64,000 bases of DNA from Dehalococcoidia bacterium (GCA_965237865.1 OZ250164.1:2973568-3037567), one strand, 5' to 3'. Counted from the stretch's first letter, positions 28,572-37,551 are shown. A program made the numbers and translations. Notes: generated from the sequence alone by a model not told the origin.

Positions 28572-29698
28572 ACACAGAGCTGTTCGGCCTCCCGGCAGTC
28601 AACGTCTGGGTCGACGCCATCGTCCGGCTGCTCCTGATCGTGGGGATGATGACCGTCGTCGTGATGGGGCTGATCTACATCGAGCGCAAGATCATCGCGC
28701 GCTTCCAGATGCGGCTGGGCCCGACGCGGACCGGGCCGCTGGGTCTGCTCCAGTCCGTAGCCGACGCGCTCAAGCTGCTCGGCAAGGAAGACCTGCGGCC
28801 GAAGAACGCCGATCCGCTGACCTTTGAGTTGGCGGTCTACTTCGTGTTCGTGCCCGTGTTCATGGGCTTCGTCGCGGTCCCGTTCGCGCTCGACTGGAAC
28901 GTGCGGGTGCTGGAGCTGGGGCTGTTCTACGTGATCGCCATCAGCTCCGTGAACATCATCGGCTGGGTGATGGCGGGATGGTCCTCGGACAACCGCTACG
29001 CGATGATCGGCGCGCTGCGCGCCGCCGCGCAGGGCATCTCCTACGAGGTGCCGCTGATCCTTTCGGTGCTGGCCGTGGCGATGGTCGCGGACAGCCTCAA
29101 CCTCAACGAGATCACCGCGCAGCAGGGCCGCGTGCCCTACATCGTCTGGCAGCCACTGGCGTTCGCGATCTTCTACGTCGCGATGCTGGCCGAGCTGAAC
29201 CGCACGCCCTTCGACATCCCGATCGGGGAGTCCGAGGTGGTGGGCGGGCCGTTCGTCGAGTACAGCGGGATCCGCTGGTCGATGTTCTTCCTCGCGGAGT
29301 ACGCGGGGCTGCTCATCCTCGCGCTGGTCGGCTCGGCGGTGTTCCTCGGTGGCTGGGCCTGGCCGCTGGGCGAGGAGGTCGGGTTCGGGCTGCAGATCCT
29401 GCTGACGGCGGGGAAGACGGGGCTGCTGATCTTCAGCGTCTTCTGGGTGCGCGTGACCGTGCCGCGGATGCGCATCGACCAGTTGATGGGATTCTCCTGG
29501 AAGGTGCTGATGCCGCTCTCGTTCGGCCTGATCATGGCGAACGGGCTGGTCCTCGTGTACGAGTGGGACCACGTGTTCCTGCTCATCCCGAACGTGATCG
29601 GACTGGTCTTGCTCTACGTGATCGTCGATCGCGGCATCACGCGCCGCCGCCCCCGGCGACTGGCGCGGCCGGCGGCGCAGGCGGAGGCGGCCTCGTGA
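28568..29698 (+). CDS. nuoH: Complex I subunit H
   Basis: ERKIIARFQMRLGP, ADALKLLGKE, AELNRTPFD, VEYSG. Confidence 0.96.
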   Translation: MNTELFGLPAVNVWVDAIVRLLLIVGMMTVVVMGLIYIERKIIARFQMRLGPTRTGPLGLLQSVADALKLLGKEDLRPKNADPLTFELAVYFVFVPVFMGFVAVPFALDWNVRVLELGLFYVIAISSVNIIGWVMAGWSSDNRYAMIGALRAAAQGISYEVPLILSVLAVAMVADSLNLNEITAQQGRVPYIVWQPLAFAIFYVAMLAELNRTPFDIPIGESEVVGGPFVEYSGIRWSMFFLAEYAGLLILALVGSAVFLGGWAWPLGEEVGFGLQILLTAGKTGLLIFSVFWVRVTVPRMRIDQLMGFSWKVLMPLSFGLIMANGLVLVYEWDHVFLLIPNVIGLVLLYVIVDRGITRRRPRRLARPAAQAEAAS

Positions 29699-29782
29699 GC
29701 CTCGCGAGCCGGGTGGGCGGGGCGCCGGACTCGCGCCTGCGGGCACTACCGCATAAGGTGCGGGCGTGAAAGGCTGCCGACC

Positions 29783-30256
29783 ATGAAGGGCCTCCTCAAA
29801 AGCATGGCGACGACGCTGACGACGTTCGCGCGGCGTCCGGTCACGCGTCAGTACCCGGAAGGGCATCGCGAGCTGCCGGAGCGTGATCGCGCGTTCCCGA
29901 TCCTGCTCTGGGACGACAACATCGAGGAGCCCTATTGCACCGGCTGCCACGCCTGCGAACGCGCCTGCCCGGTCGAGTGCATGACCGTCCTGATGAAGGA
30001 CAACCCCAACCACGAGAACCAGGGCGGCACCTCGAAGCGCCGCAAGATCATCGACAAGTTCTGGATCGACTACGCGCGCTGCATGCGCTGCAACATCTGC
30101 GTCGAGGTGTGCAACTTCGAGGCGATCGCCATGAACAACACCTGGACCGGCCACGAGCTGTCGGTATACGACCGCTCGGACCTGGTGATGGACCTGCCGC
30201 AGTTGCTCGCCCAGCATCGCGCGGGCGAACTCGACGAGTGGGTCGCCGATATCTAG
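29783..30256 (+). CDS. nuoI: Complex I subunit I (2x[4Fe-4S])
   Basis: VTRQYPE, CTGCHACERACP, CMRCNICVEVC. Confidence 0.93.
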   Translation: MKGLLKSMATTLTTFARRPVTRQYPEGHRELPERDRAFPILLWDDNIEEPYCTGCHACERACPVECMTVLMKDNPNHENQGGTSKRRKIIDKFWIDYARCMRCNICVEVCNFEAIAMNNTWTGHELSVYDRSDLVMDLPQLLAQHRAGELDEWVADI

Positions 30257-30313
30257 GGCCGGTCCCCGTCCCGGCGGGCGCAAGCCCCGAGGGCAGGAGA
30301 TCCCGGCGACACG

Positions 30314-30982
30314 GTGGGGCGAGCGGTGCTTGAACTGCTAGAACGCATCCCGTTCCCCGTCCAGCTCGATCGCATCGTCATCTTCGCGGGCATCGTCGCC
30401 GGGGCGATCGTCACGCCGATCCTCATCGTCCTGCTCGCGCTGCTGGTGTTCGACCAGATCACGGCGGCGGAGCTCGTGTTCTGGCTGGCCGCGGCGTTGA
30501 TCGTCGGTGGCGCGCTGGCCGCCGTCCTGCTGCCGAACATCGTGCACGCGACGCTCTCGCTCGTTGTCGCGCTGCTCGGGGTGGCGGGTATCTTCCTGCT
30601 GCTCGGCTCCGAGTTCCTGGCGCTGGTCCAGGTGCTGATCTACGGCGGCGGCGTGACCGTGCTGCTGCTCTTCGGTCTGATGCTCACCAACGCCGGCGAC
30701 GACCCGAAGGTGACCGACGGCGCACAGAAGCCGTTCGCCTTCCTCGTCGGCATCCTGCTCGCCGCTGTTGTCGCGGTGGCGCTGCTCGACCAGGACTGGG
30801 CGAACACGGAAGCCGCGGTCGCCCCCTTCAACGAGCTCGGCGTGCGGCTCTTCCGTGACTTCGGCGTGCCGTTCGAGATCGCCTCGCTGGTCCTGATCGT
30901 CGCGCTGATCGGCGCCGTCGCCGTCGCGCGGCGCGACCGCGACGAGGATGACGCCGCCGCCGAGGAGGGTGAGTCCTCGTGA
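30314..30982 (+). CDS. nuoJ: Complex I subunit J with apparent N-terminal extra TM segment
   Basis: QVLIYGGGVTVLLLF, PFEIASLVLIVALIGAV. Start uncertain. Confidence 0.9.
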   Translation: MGRAVLELLERIPFPVQLDRIVIFAGIVAGAIVTPILIVLLALLVFDQITAAELVFWLAAALIVGGALAAVLLPNIVHATLSLVVALLGVAGIFLLLGSEFLALVQVLIYGGGVTVLLLFGLMLTNAGDDPKVTDGAQKPFAFLVGILLAAVVAVALLDQDWANTEAAVAPFNELGVRLFRDFGVPFEIASLVLIVALIGAVAVARRDRDEDDAAAEEGESS

Positions 30983-31293
30983 ACGACATCCCGATTGAGA
31001 ACTTCCTGGTGCTCTCGGCCGTGCTGTTCGGCATCGGCTTCTACGGCGTGCTCGCCCGCCGCAGCGCGATCCTGATCCTCGTCTCCGTGGAGCTGATGCT
31101 GGCGGCGACGACGATCAACATGGTCGCCTTCGCCGCCTACTTCGACCACGAGGCCTTCACCGGCATCGTCTTTGCGATCTTCATCATCACCGTCGGCGCC
31201 GCCGAGGTCGGCCTGGCGCTCGGGATCGTGCTGCGCATCTTCCGCGAACGCCGCACCGCCTACGTCGACGATGCGAGCGAGCTGAAGTGGTAG
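30979..31293 (+). CDS. nuoK: Complex I subunit K
   Basis: ILVSVELML, VGAAEVGLAL. Confidence 0.95.
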   Translation: MNDIPIENFLVLSAVLFGIGFYGVLARRSAILILVSVELMLAATTINMVAFAAYFDHEAFTGIVFAIFIITVGAAEVGLALGIVLRIFRERRTAYVDDASELKW

Positions 31294-31317
31294 CCGTGAG
31301 GGCGGAGGCGTAGCGCC

Positions 31318-33228
31318 GTGGGCATGGAGCAGGTCTGGCTGCTGCCGGCGATTCCCGCCGCGCTCTTCGTGCTGCTGGCGCTCTTCAACCGCGCCATGCC
31401 GCGCCGCGGCGACGGCCTCGCCATCCTCGGCATGCTCGCCGTCGTCGTGCTCGGGCTGCTCGTCCTGCTCGACTTCCAGTCGAGCTTCGAGGGCGGCGTG
31501 TTCGCACCGGGCAGCGGTCACGTCTACGCCTTCGAGTGGGCACGGATCGGCAACTCGCTGCTGATCGAGTTCAGCACCTACGTCGACGGGATCACGGTGC
31601 TGATGATCATCGTCGTCTCGGTTGTGACGCTGATGGTGATGCTCTACTCGGTCGGCTACATGGACGGCGAGCCGCGCTACGGCTGGTACTTCGCCATGCT
31701 CTCCGGCTTCTCCGCGGCGATGCTGATGCTGGTCACGTCCGGCAACCTGCTGCTGCTCTACCTCTCCTGGGAGGCGGTCGGCCTCGCCTCGTACCTGCTG
31801 ATCGGCTTCTACTGGGAGCGCCAGACCGCGGCCGAGGCGGCGAAGAAGGCCTTCATCACCACGCGCATCGGCGACGTGGGCCTGCTGATCGGCATCATCC
31901 TGCTCTGGCGCGGCGCGGGCAGCTTCGACATCCAGCAGATCATCGAGGTCGCCCGCGGGGGCGGATTCGACAACCTCTACCTCACCGTCGCGATGCTGTT
32001 CCTCTTCGCCGGCGCGGTCGGCAAGTCCGCGCAGTTCCCGCTGCACGTCTGGCTGCCCGACGCGATGGAGGGCCCCACGCCGGTCAGCGCGCTGATCCAC
32101 GCCGCCACCATGGTGGTCGCCGGCGTCTACCTCGTCGCGAGGATGATGCCGGTCTTCGACGAGGTGCTGATCGCGCGCGACGTCGTGCTCTACATCGGTC
32201 TCACGACGGCGGCGATGGGCGCGACGATGGGCCTCGTCAGCAGCGACATCAAGCGCGTCCTCGCCTACTCGACCATTTCGCAGCTCGGGTTCATGTTCGT
32301 CGCGCTCGGATTCGGCTCGGTGACGGCGGCGATGTTTCACCTCTTCACGCACGCCTTCTTCAAGTCGTTGCTGTTCCTCGGCTCCGGGTCCGTGATCCAC
32401 GCCAGCGGCGCGCAGGTGGTCGAAGAGCTCGGCGGGCTGTGGCGCAAGCTGCCTGCGACGACGCTGTTCTTCATCGTCGGCTCGCTCGCCCTCGCCGGGA
32501 TCGTGCCGCTGGCCGGCTTCTGGTCGAAGGACGAGATCCTGGCCGGGCTGCGCGACCACGAGGCGATGCCGCTGTTCGTCGTCCTCGCCGCCACGTCCGC
32601 GCTGACGGCGGTCTACTCGACGCGACTGGTGCTGCTCACCTTCTTCGGCGAGCCCAGGGACCGCCACGCCTACGAGCACGCGCACGAATCGCCGCCGCCG
32701 ATGCTGCTGCCGATGCTGATCCTCGCCGGGCTGTCCGTGATCGCCGGGTTCGTCGCCTTCGAGGGCGTCGGCAAGGTGCTCGGCTTCGCGGGAGGCATCG
32801 GCAACGTCGTCTTCACGCAGGGCCACGATGGACACGTCTTCGCACTCGATCCGGTGGTCGCGATCGGCGCGACGGCCTCGGCCCTCGCCGGCATCGTGAT
32901 CGGCTTCGTCTACTGGTGGGGCCGAGCGGAGCGGGCCGAGCGCGCGCGCGCCTGGGCGCCCGAGCTGCACGACCTGCTGGTGCAGCGCTACTACATGGAC
33001 CACCTCTACCAGGTCACGGTTGACCGGGTCATCCTCGGCCTCGCGACGGCGGTCGCGCGCTTCGACCGGCTGGTGATCAACGAGTCGGGAGTGGACGGCA
33101 CGGCGCAGGGCATCGGCTTCTCCGGGTTCCGGCTGAAGTTCCTGCAGACGGGGCGCATCCCGAGCTACGCGCTGGCGATGGGACTCGGCGTAGCCGTGCT
33201 TGCCCTCGTCGCGCTCGGGCGGACCTAA
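31318..33228 (+). CDS. nuoL: Complex I subunit L
   Basis: KAFITTRIGD, GKSAQFPLHVWLPDAMEGPTPVSALIHAATMV, FHLFTHAFFK. Confidence 0.97.
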   Translation: MGMEQVWLLPAIPAALFVLLALFNRAMPRRGDGLAILGMLAVVVLGLLVLLDFQSSFEGGVFAPGSGHVYAFEWARIGNSLLIEFSTYVDGITVLMIIVVSVVTLMVMLYSVGYMDGEPRYGWYFAMLSGFSAAMLMLVTSGNLLLLYLSWEAVGLASYLLIGFYWERQTAAEAAKKAFITTRIGDVGLLIGIILLWRGAGSFDIQQIIEVARGGGFDNLYLTVAMLFLFAGAVGKSAQFPLHVWLPDAMEGPTPVSALIHAATMVVAGVYLVARMMPVFDEVLIARDVVLYIGLTTAAMGATMGLVSSDIKRVLAYSTISQLGFMFVALGFGSVTAAMFHLFTHAFFKSLLFLGSGSVIHASGAQVVEELGGLWRKLPATTLFFIVGSLALAGIVPLAGFWSKDEILAGLRDHEAMPLFVVLAATSALTAVYSTRLVLLTFFGEPRDRHAYEHAHESPPPMLLPMLILAGLSVIAGFVAFEGVGKVLGFAGGIGNVVFTQGHDGHVFALDPVVAIGATASALAGIVIGFVYWWGRAERAERARAWAPELHDLLVQRYYMDHLYQVTVDRVILGLATAVARFDRLVINESGVDGTAQGIGFSGFRLKFLQTGRIPSYALAMGLGVAVLALVALGRT

Positions 33229-33240
33229 GGCGGGGCGGGC

Positions 33241-34731
33241 ATGACCACGAACGAGGGCTACCTGCTGCTGGCGCTGCCGCTGATCCCGCTGGGCAGCGCG
33301 ATTCTGCTGATGTTCGTGCCGTCCGGCGAGCGCAACGCGATCAAGGCGCTGACGGGCCTCGCCAGCCTCGCCATGTTCATCATCTCCGTCTACGTCTTCG
33401 TCGCCTTCGACTACCGCGGCCCTCAGTTCCAGGGCGTAGTCAGCTGGCCCTGGATCGAGAACGTCGCCTTCCTCGGGCCGGACGGGATCCAGCTCAAGGT
33501 CGGGCTCGACGGGATCGCCGCAACGATGGTGCTGCTGACCGGGATCGTGATTCTCAGCGGCACCTGGGTGTCGTGGAAGATCGAGAGCCGGCTGAAGGAC
33601 TTCTTCATCCTGCTGTTCGTGCTCGTGGCCGGCGTCTACGGCACGTTTGTGGCGCTCGACCTGTTCTTCTGGTTCCTGCTCTACGAGACCGCGGTGCTGC
33701 CGATGTACTTGCTGATCGCGGTCTGGGGCTCCGGGCGGCGCGAGTACGGCGCGATGAAGCTGATGATGATGCTCGTCGGCGCCTCGATCCTGATCTTCAT
33801 CCCGATCTTCGGGATGTTCAGCGAGGCGGGCCTCGGGACGTTCGACATGCCGGCGCTGTTCGACGCGGAGTACGGGCGCAACTTCCAGCTGATCATGTTC
33901 CCGCTCGTGGCGCTCGGCTGCGGCACGCTGGCCGGCATCTTCCCCTTCCATCCGTGGTCCCCGGACGGCCACGCCGCCGCGCCGACGGCGGTCTCGATGC
34001 TGCACGCGGGCGTGCTGATGAAGCTCGGCGCGTTCGGGATCATCCGCCTCGGCTTCCAGATGCTGCCGGAGGGCGCGGAGTTCTGGGCGCCGGCGCTGCT
34101 CACGCTCGGCATCATCGGCGCGCTCTACGGCGCGATCGGCGCGTTGCGCCAGACCGACTTCAAGCTGATGACGGGGTTCTCCTCGATCTCGCACATGGGC
34201 TACGTCTTCGTGGGGCTGGGCACGCTCAACCTGATCGGGATGAGCGGCGCGGTGCTGCAGATGTTCGCGCACGGCGTGATGACGGCGCTGTTCTTCCTGC
34301 TGATCGGCGCGCTCTACGACCAGTCGCACGACCGCGAGTTCAATCACTACTCGGGCATGGCGCGGCGGATGCCGATCTGGGCGGTCTTCTTCGTGATCGC
34401 CGGCCTCGCCTCGTTCGGCCTGCCCGGGCTCTCCGGCTTCATCGCCGAGCTGCATATCTTCATCGGCGCCTTCCGCGCCTACCCGGTCGTCGGCGCGCTG
34501 GCGGTGCTGACGGCGGCGATCACGGCCACGTACCTGCTGCGCATGTTCGCGCAGACCTTCTTCGGCGAGCCGAGCCCGCGCTGGAGCGGCGTCGTTGAGA
34601 TCACCTGGGCCGAGCGCGCGGGTGCGACGGTGCTCGCGGTCTCGATCTTCGCCCTCGGCCTCTGGCCCTCGCCGTGGATCGATCGCGTCGCCGCGGGCCT
34701 CGCGGCCGGCATCCCCGAGGTGCTGCTGTGA
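33241..34731 (+). CDS. nuoM: Complex I subunit M
   Basis: PFHPWSPDGHAAAPT, LMKLGAFG, SSISHMGY, GLPGLSGFIAE. Confidence 0.95.
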   Translation: MTTNEGYLLLALPLIPLGSAILLMFVPSGERNAIKALTGLASLAMFIISVYVFVAFDYRGPQFQGVVSWPWIENVAFLGPDGIQLKVGLDGIAATMVLLTGIVILSGTWVSWKIESRLKDFFILLFVLVAGVYGTFVALDLFFWFLLYETAVLPMYLLIAVWGSGRREYGAMKLMMMLVGASILIFIPIFGMFSEAGLGTFDMPALFDAEYGRNFQLIMFPLVALGCGTLAGIFPFHPWSPDGHAAAPTAVSMLHAGVLMKLGAFGIIRLGFQMLPEGAEFWAPALLTLGIIGALYGAIGALRQTDFKLMTGFSSISHMGYVFVGLGTLNLIGMSGAVLQMFAHGVMTALFFLLIGALYDQSHDREFNHYSGMARRMPIWAVFFVIAGLASFGLPGLSGFIAELHIFIGAFRAYPVVGALAVLTAAITATYLLRMFAQTFFGEPSPRWSGVVEITWAERAGATVLAVSIFALGLWPSPWIDRVAAGLAAGIPEVLL

Positions 34732-36170
34732 ACTTCGAGTACGGGCTGCTGATTCCGGAGTTCATCCTCGCGGGCGTCGCGGCCGCCGTGCTGCTGCTCG
34801 ACGCCTTCCGCCACGAGCTCAAGATCTCGAGGCGCTTCGTGCCGGCGCTGGCCGCCCTCGGCGCACTCGCGGCGGGCATCGCCAGCATCTTCTACGCCGA
34901 CCGCAACACGGACTTCGCCGGGCTGATCGGCATCGACGACTACACGCTGTTCTTCCGCGTGCTGTTCACGGCGACTGTGCTGGTCGTGATCCTCGGCTCC
35001 TCGGAGTTCGTCGAGCGAAACATTCGCCACCAGGGCGAGTTCTACGCGCTGCTGCTGGTCTCCACGATCGGCGCGATCTACATGGCGGGCGCGACCGAGC
35101 TGCTCACTGCCTACATCTCGATCGAGCTGCTCTCCTTCTCGCTCTACGTCGCCGTCTCGCTGGCGAAGGACGACCGCCGCTCCGGCGAGGCGGGGCTGAA
35201 GTACGTGCTGCTCGGCGGCGTCGCTTCGGCGATGCTGCTCTACGGCCTCAGCCTGATCTACGGCGCTGCCGGCACGACGACTTACGAGGGCATCGCGGCG
35301 GCGTTCAGCGACGGGTCCGTGCAGGGCTCGCCGGTGCTGCTGCTCGGCCTCGCCTTCCTCGTCGGCGGGCTGGGCTTCAAGGCCTCGGCGGTGCCGTTCC
35401 ACATGTGGACGCCCGACGCCTACGAGGGCGCGCCGCTCCCGGTGACGGCCTACATCTCGGCGACCGCGAAGGCGGCGACGTTCGCGCTGCTGCTGCGGCT
35501 GTTCGGGACGGGGCTGCTTGCGGTGCAGGACGACTGGCAGTGGATGCTCGCCTCGCTGTCCGTGGCGACGATGGTGACGGCCAACCTGGTCGCGCTGGTG
35601 CAGACCAACATCAAGCGCCTGCTCGCCTACTCCTCGATCGGGCAGGTCGGCTTCATGCTGATGACGATCACGACCGTCTCCGACGCCTCGAGTTCGGCGC
35701 TGCTGCTGCATCTCGCGGGCTACCTGGTCACGAACCTCGCGGTCTTCATGGCCGTGATCGCGGTCTACAACCGCATCGGCAGCGAGCGCATCGAGGACTT
35801 CCGCGGCCTGGCGGAGACGCAGCCGTACCTGGCGCTGGTGATCACGGCGGGGCTGTTCTCGCTGAGCGGGATGCCGCTGCTGGCGGGCTTCGTGACGAAG
35901 TTCTTCATCTTCCAGGCGGCCGCCGAGGAGGGGTTCCTCTGGCTGGCGGGTGTCGCGGTGATAATGAGCACCATCTCGCTCTACTACTACCTGAAGGTGA
36001 TTCGCGTCATGTACGTCGTCCCCCCGGCCGAGGGCGCAAGCCGCTGGCGCCCCTCACCGATCGCCCTCGCCGTGACGGGCGTGCTGTTCGTCGGCATCTT
36101 CGTCGTCGGCCTCTGGGCCGCGCCGGTCCTCGAGGTCGCGGACGACGCCTCAGCGGTGCTGTTCGGGTAA
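34728..36170 (+). CDS. nuoN: Complex I subunit N
   Basis: EAGLKY, FKASAVPFHMWTPDAYEGAP, KRLLAYSSI, SLYYYL; GTG start at 34728. Confidence 0.96.
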   Translation: MNFEYGLLIPEFILAGVAAAVLLLDAFRHELKISRRFVPALAALGALAAGIASIFYADRNTDFAGLIGIDDYTLFFRVLFTATVLVVILGSSEFVERNIRHQGEFYALLLVSTIGAIYMAGATELLTAYISIELLSFSLYVAVSLAKDDRRSGEAGLKYVLLGGVASAMLLYGLSLIYGAAGTTTYEGIAAAFSDGSVQGSPVLLLGLAFLVGGLGFKASAVPFHMWTPDAYEGAPLPVTAYISATAKAATFALLLRLFGTGLLAVQDDWQWMLASLSVATMVTANLVALVQTNIKRLLAYSSIGQVGFMLMTITTVSDASSSALLLHLAGYLVTNLAVFMAVIAVYNRIGSERIEDFRGLAETQPYLALVITAGLFSLSGMPLLAGFVTKFFIFQAAAEEGFLWLAGVAVIMSTISLYYYLKVIRVMYVVPPAEGASRWRPSPIALAVTGVLFVGIFVVGLWAAPVLEVADDASAVLFG

Positions 36171-36228
36171 GGGCTGGCGGCCGCTACAGCACTGTGGCGA
36201 CGCGATAGGTGACGGCCAAGCCCGGGTG

Positions 36229-36257
36229 TTGCGGTCGGCCTTAAGCGCGCGTACAGT
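36229..36257 (+). promoter_or_regulatory. Promoter of the three-gene cassette
   Basis: TTGCGG-17 nt-TACAGT. Confidence 0.5.
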
Positions 36258-36284
36258 CGCCGGACGCAGTTGGAGGGCCCACGC

Positions 36285-36614
36285 ATGACTCAGCAACCCA
36301 GTGAGTCGGTCACGTTCCGAATCGAGTGGGTTGGGTTAGGGTTAGAGGGAGCGCAAGTGCTGGCGGCGAACCAGTTCGCTATGATGCACAACACCGAGAC
36401 CGATGAGGTGATCTTCAGTGTGGGGCATCTAGTCCCCCCGATTCTGCTCGGGGACGAAGAGCAGCGCCAAGAGCAGGCTCGGAGTATCGATCCTCTGCCT
36501 ATTGTGACCATCGCGCGATTCGCGCTGACTCGGGACAGCGCTGTGAGGCTGGGAGAGGTCGTCAATGAGCATGTCGAGCGTTTCCGCAACATCCAGGAGG
36601 ATGACCTTGGCTGA
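36285..36614 (+). CDS. Hypothetical protein, DUF3467-like
   Basis: GGAGG RBS; pattern AANQFAMMH..DEVIFSVG..PP...ARFALT..SAVRL...HVERF resembles DUF3467 proteins. Confidence 0.7.
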   Translation: MTQQPSESVTFRIEWVGLGLEGAQVLAANQFAMMHNTETDEVIFSVGHLVPPILLGDEEQRQEQARSIDPLPIVTIARFALTRDSAVRLGEVVNEHVERFRNIQEDDLG

Positions 36615-37044
36615 AGTCAGGGATGAATCGACCATGGTCTTGCAAGCGCTTCCGCGAGCGGCCAATGCTATCTCGGCTGACAACTTGGATCTGGCGGCGG
36701 AGCACCTGGGCCCCCTCGCTCGGCTCTCTCTGGGTTATGGCCAGTTGCCTGGCACAATCCTATTGGCACTCACAGAGCACTCTGAGGCATCTAGCGCTTC
36801 ACCAGCTATGGAAGTCACGGAGTTGGTGCTGGGGCTCTCTCGCGCGGAGTCCGGGCAGTGGGTGGCAATCGACAGACTGGTCGGCCAGTACGGTGAGGGC
36901 GCTACCTGCGCAGAGGCAGTACAAGACCTCGTCGTGACGCTCCGTGAGAGCCGTGACTTGCTTCGTGAGCGTAGGGAGCAACTGAGCAAAGTGATGGCAC
37001 GGCAACTCGCGGTGCTGGAAGCTATTCCTGACGAGATGCTGTAG
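36607..37044 (+). CDS. HicB-like antitoxin domain with an N-terminal extension
   Basis: C-terminal WVAIDRLVGQYGEGATCAEAVQDLVVTLRE resembles the HicB partial RNase H fold; TTG start 6 nt after AGGAGG. Confidence 0.65.
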   Translation: MAEVRDESTMVLQALPRAANAISADNLDLAAEHLGPLARLSLGYGQLPGTILLALTEHSEASSASPAMEVTELVLGLSRAESGQWVAIDRLVGQYGEGATCAEAVQDLVVTLRESRDLLRERREQLSKVMARQLAVLEAIPDEML

Positions 37045-37048
37045 TCAG

Positions 37049-37348
37049 GTGGTCAGCCTCCGGAAGCAGGACCTGCGACGGAGCTTCAAGGGGAAGTGCG
37101 ACGCTGACGAAAATCGGAGCAGGGACCACGTTTGGTACCACTTCACAGTTGGCGGCGAGATCTACGCCCAGACGAAGGTTTCTCATGGGCGGGGGGATGT
37201 TTCTAAGTCCATTGCGGGGCGCATCTCCAAGCAGATAGGGCTCACCCAACAGGAGCTGGCTGACTTGGTGCACTGTAGGCTCACAGCCGCTCTCTTCTAT
37301 GCCAAGCTCGCCGCGACCGGCCCACTGACTAGTGATTTCAGACTATGA
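37049..37348 (+). CDS. HicA-like toxin (dsRBD-fold RNase)
   Basis: DHVWYHFTVGGEIYAQTKVSHG..DVSKSIAGRISKQIGLTQQEL.DLV.C.LT pattern with the conserved His. Confidence 0.7.
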   Translation: MVSLRKQDLRRSFKGKCDADENRSRDHVWYHFTVGGEIYAQTKVSHGRGDVSKSIAGRISKQIGLTQQELADLVHCRLTAALFYAKLAATGPLTSDFRL

Positions 37349-37551
37349 ACCGCAGGTGGCTCGTAGCCCTTTCCTGTCTGGTTGGTACCGCTTGTGGCAG
37401 TGGCCACGATCCTCGTCGGGCTGGTGGTGTGGCGAAGACGAGAACGGGCTACCGAGTAACACAGGAGGAGCCGATAGGGGCGCGACCCCCCCTACAGCAC
37501 CGAGAGGTAGCGGCGAAGCTCGAACTCCGAGACCTGGGCGCGGAACTCTGA
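37345..37551 (+). pseudogene. Possible truncated lipoprotein stub
   Basis: ATGA-coupled to the HicA-like stop; MNRRWLVALSCLVGTAC signal with Cys; the 3' part runs antisense into glnA. Confidence 0.35.

Larger units (their letters stand above)
36184..37500. mobile_element. Lower-GC accessory cassette bounded by a 9-bp direct repeat (CTACAGCAC)
   Basis: Repeat at 36184-36192 and 37492-37500; the right copy is the last 9 nt of glnA including its stop. No transposase or integrase inside. Confidence 0.5.

Noticed and set aside
30640-34455. Very long antisense ORFs (for example 30640-34455, 47841-51608, 43469-46927, 5267-8377, 10394-12580)
   Set aside because: Shadow frames of high-GC genes (nuoL/M, rpoB, rpoC and others); Arg/Gly/Ala-rich with no motifs.
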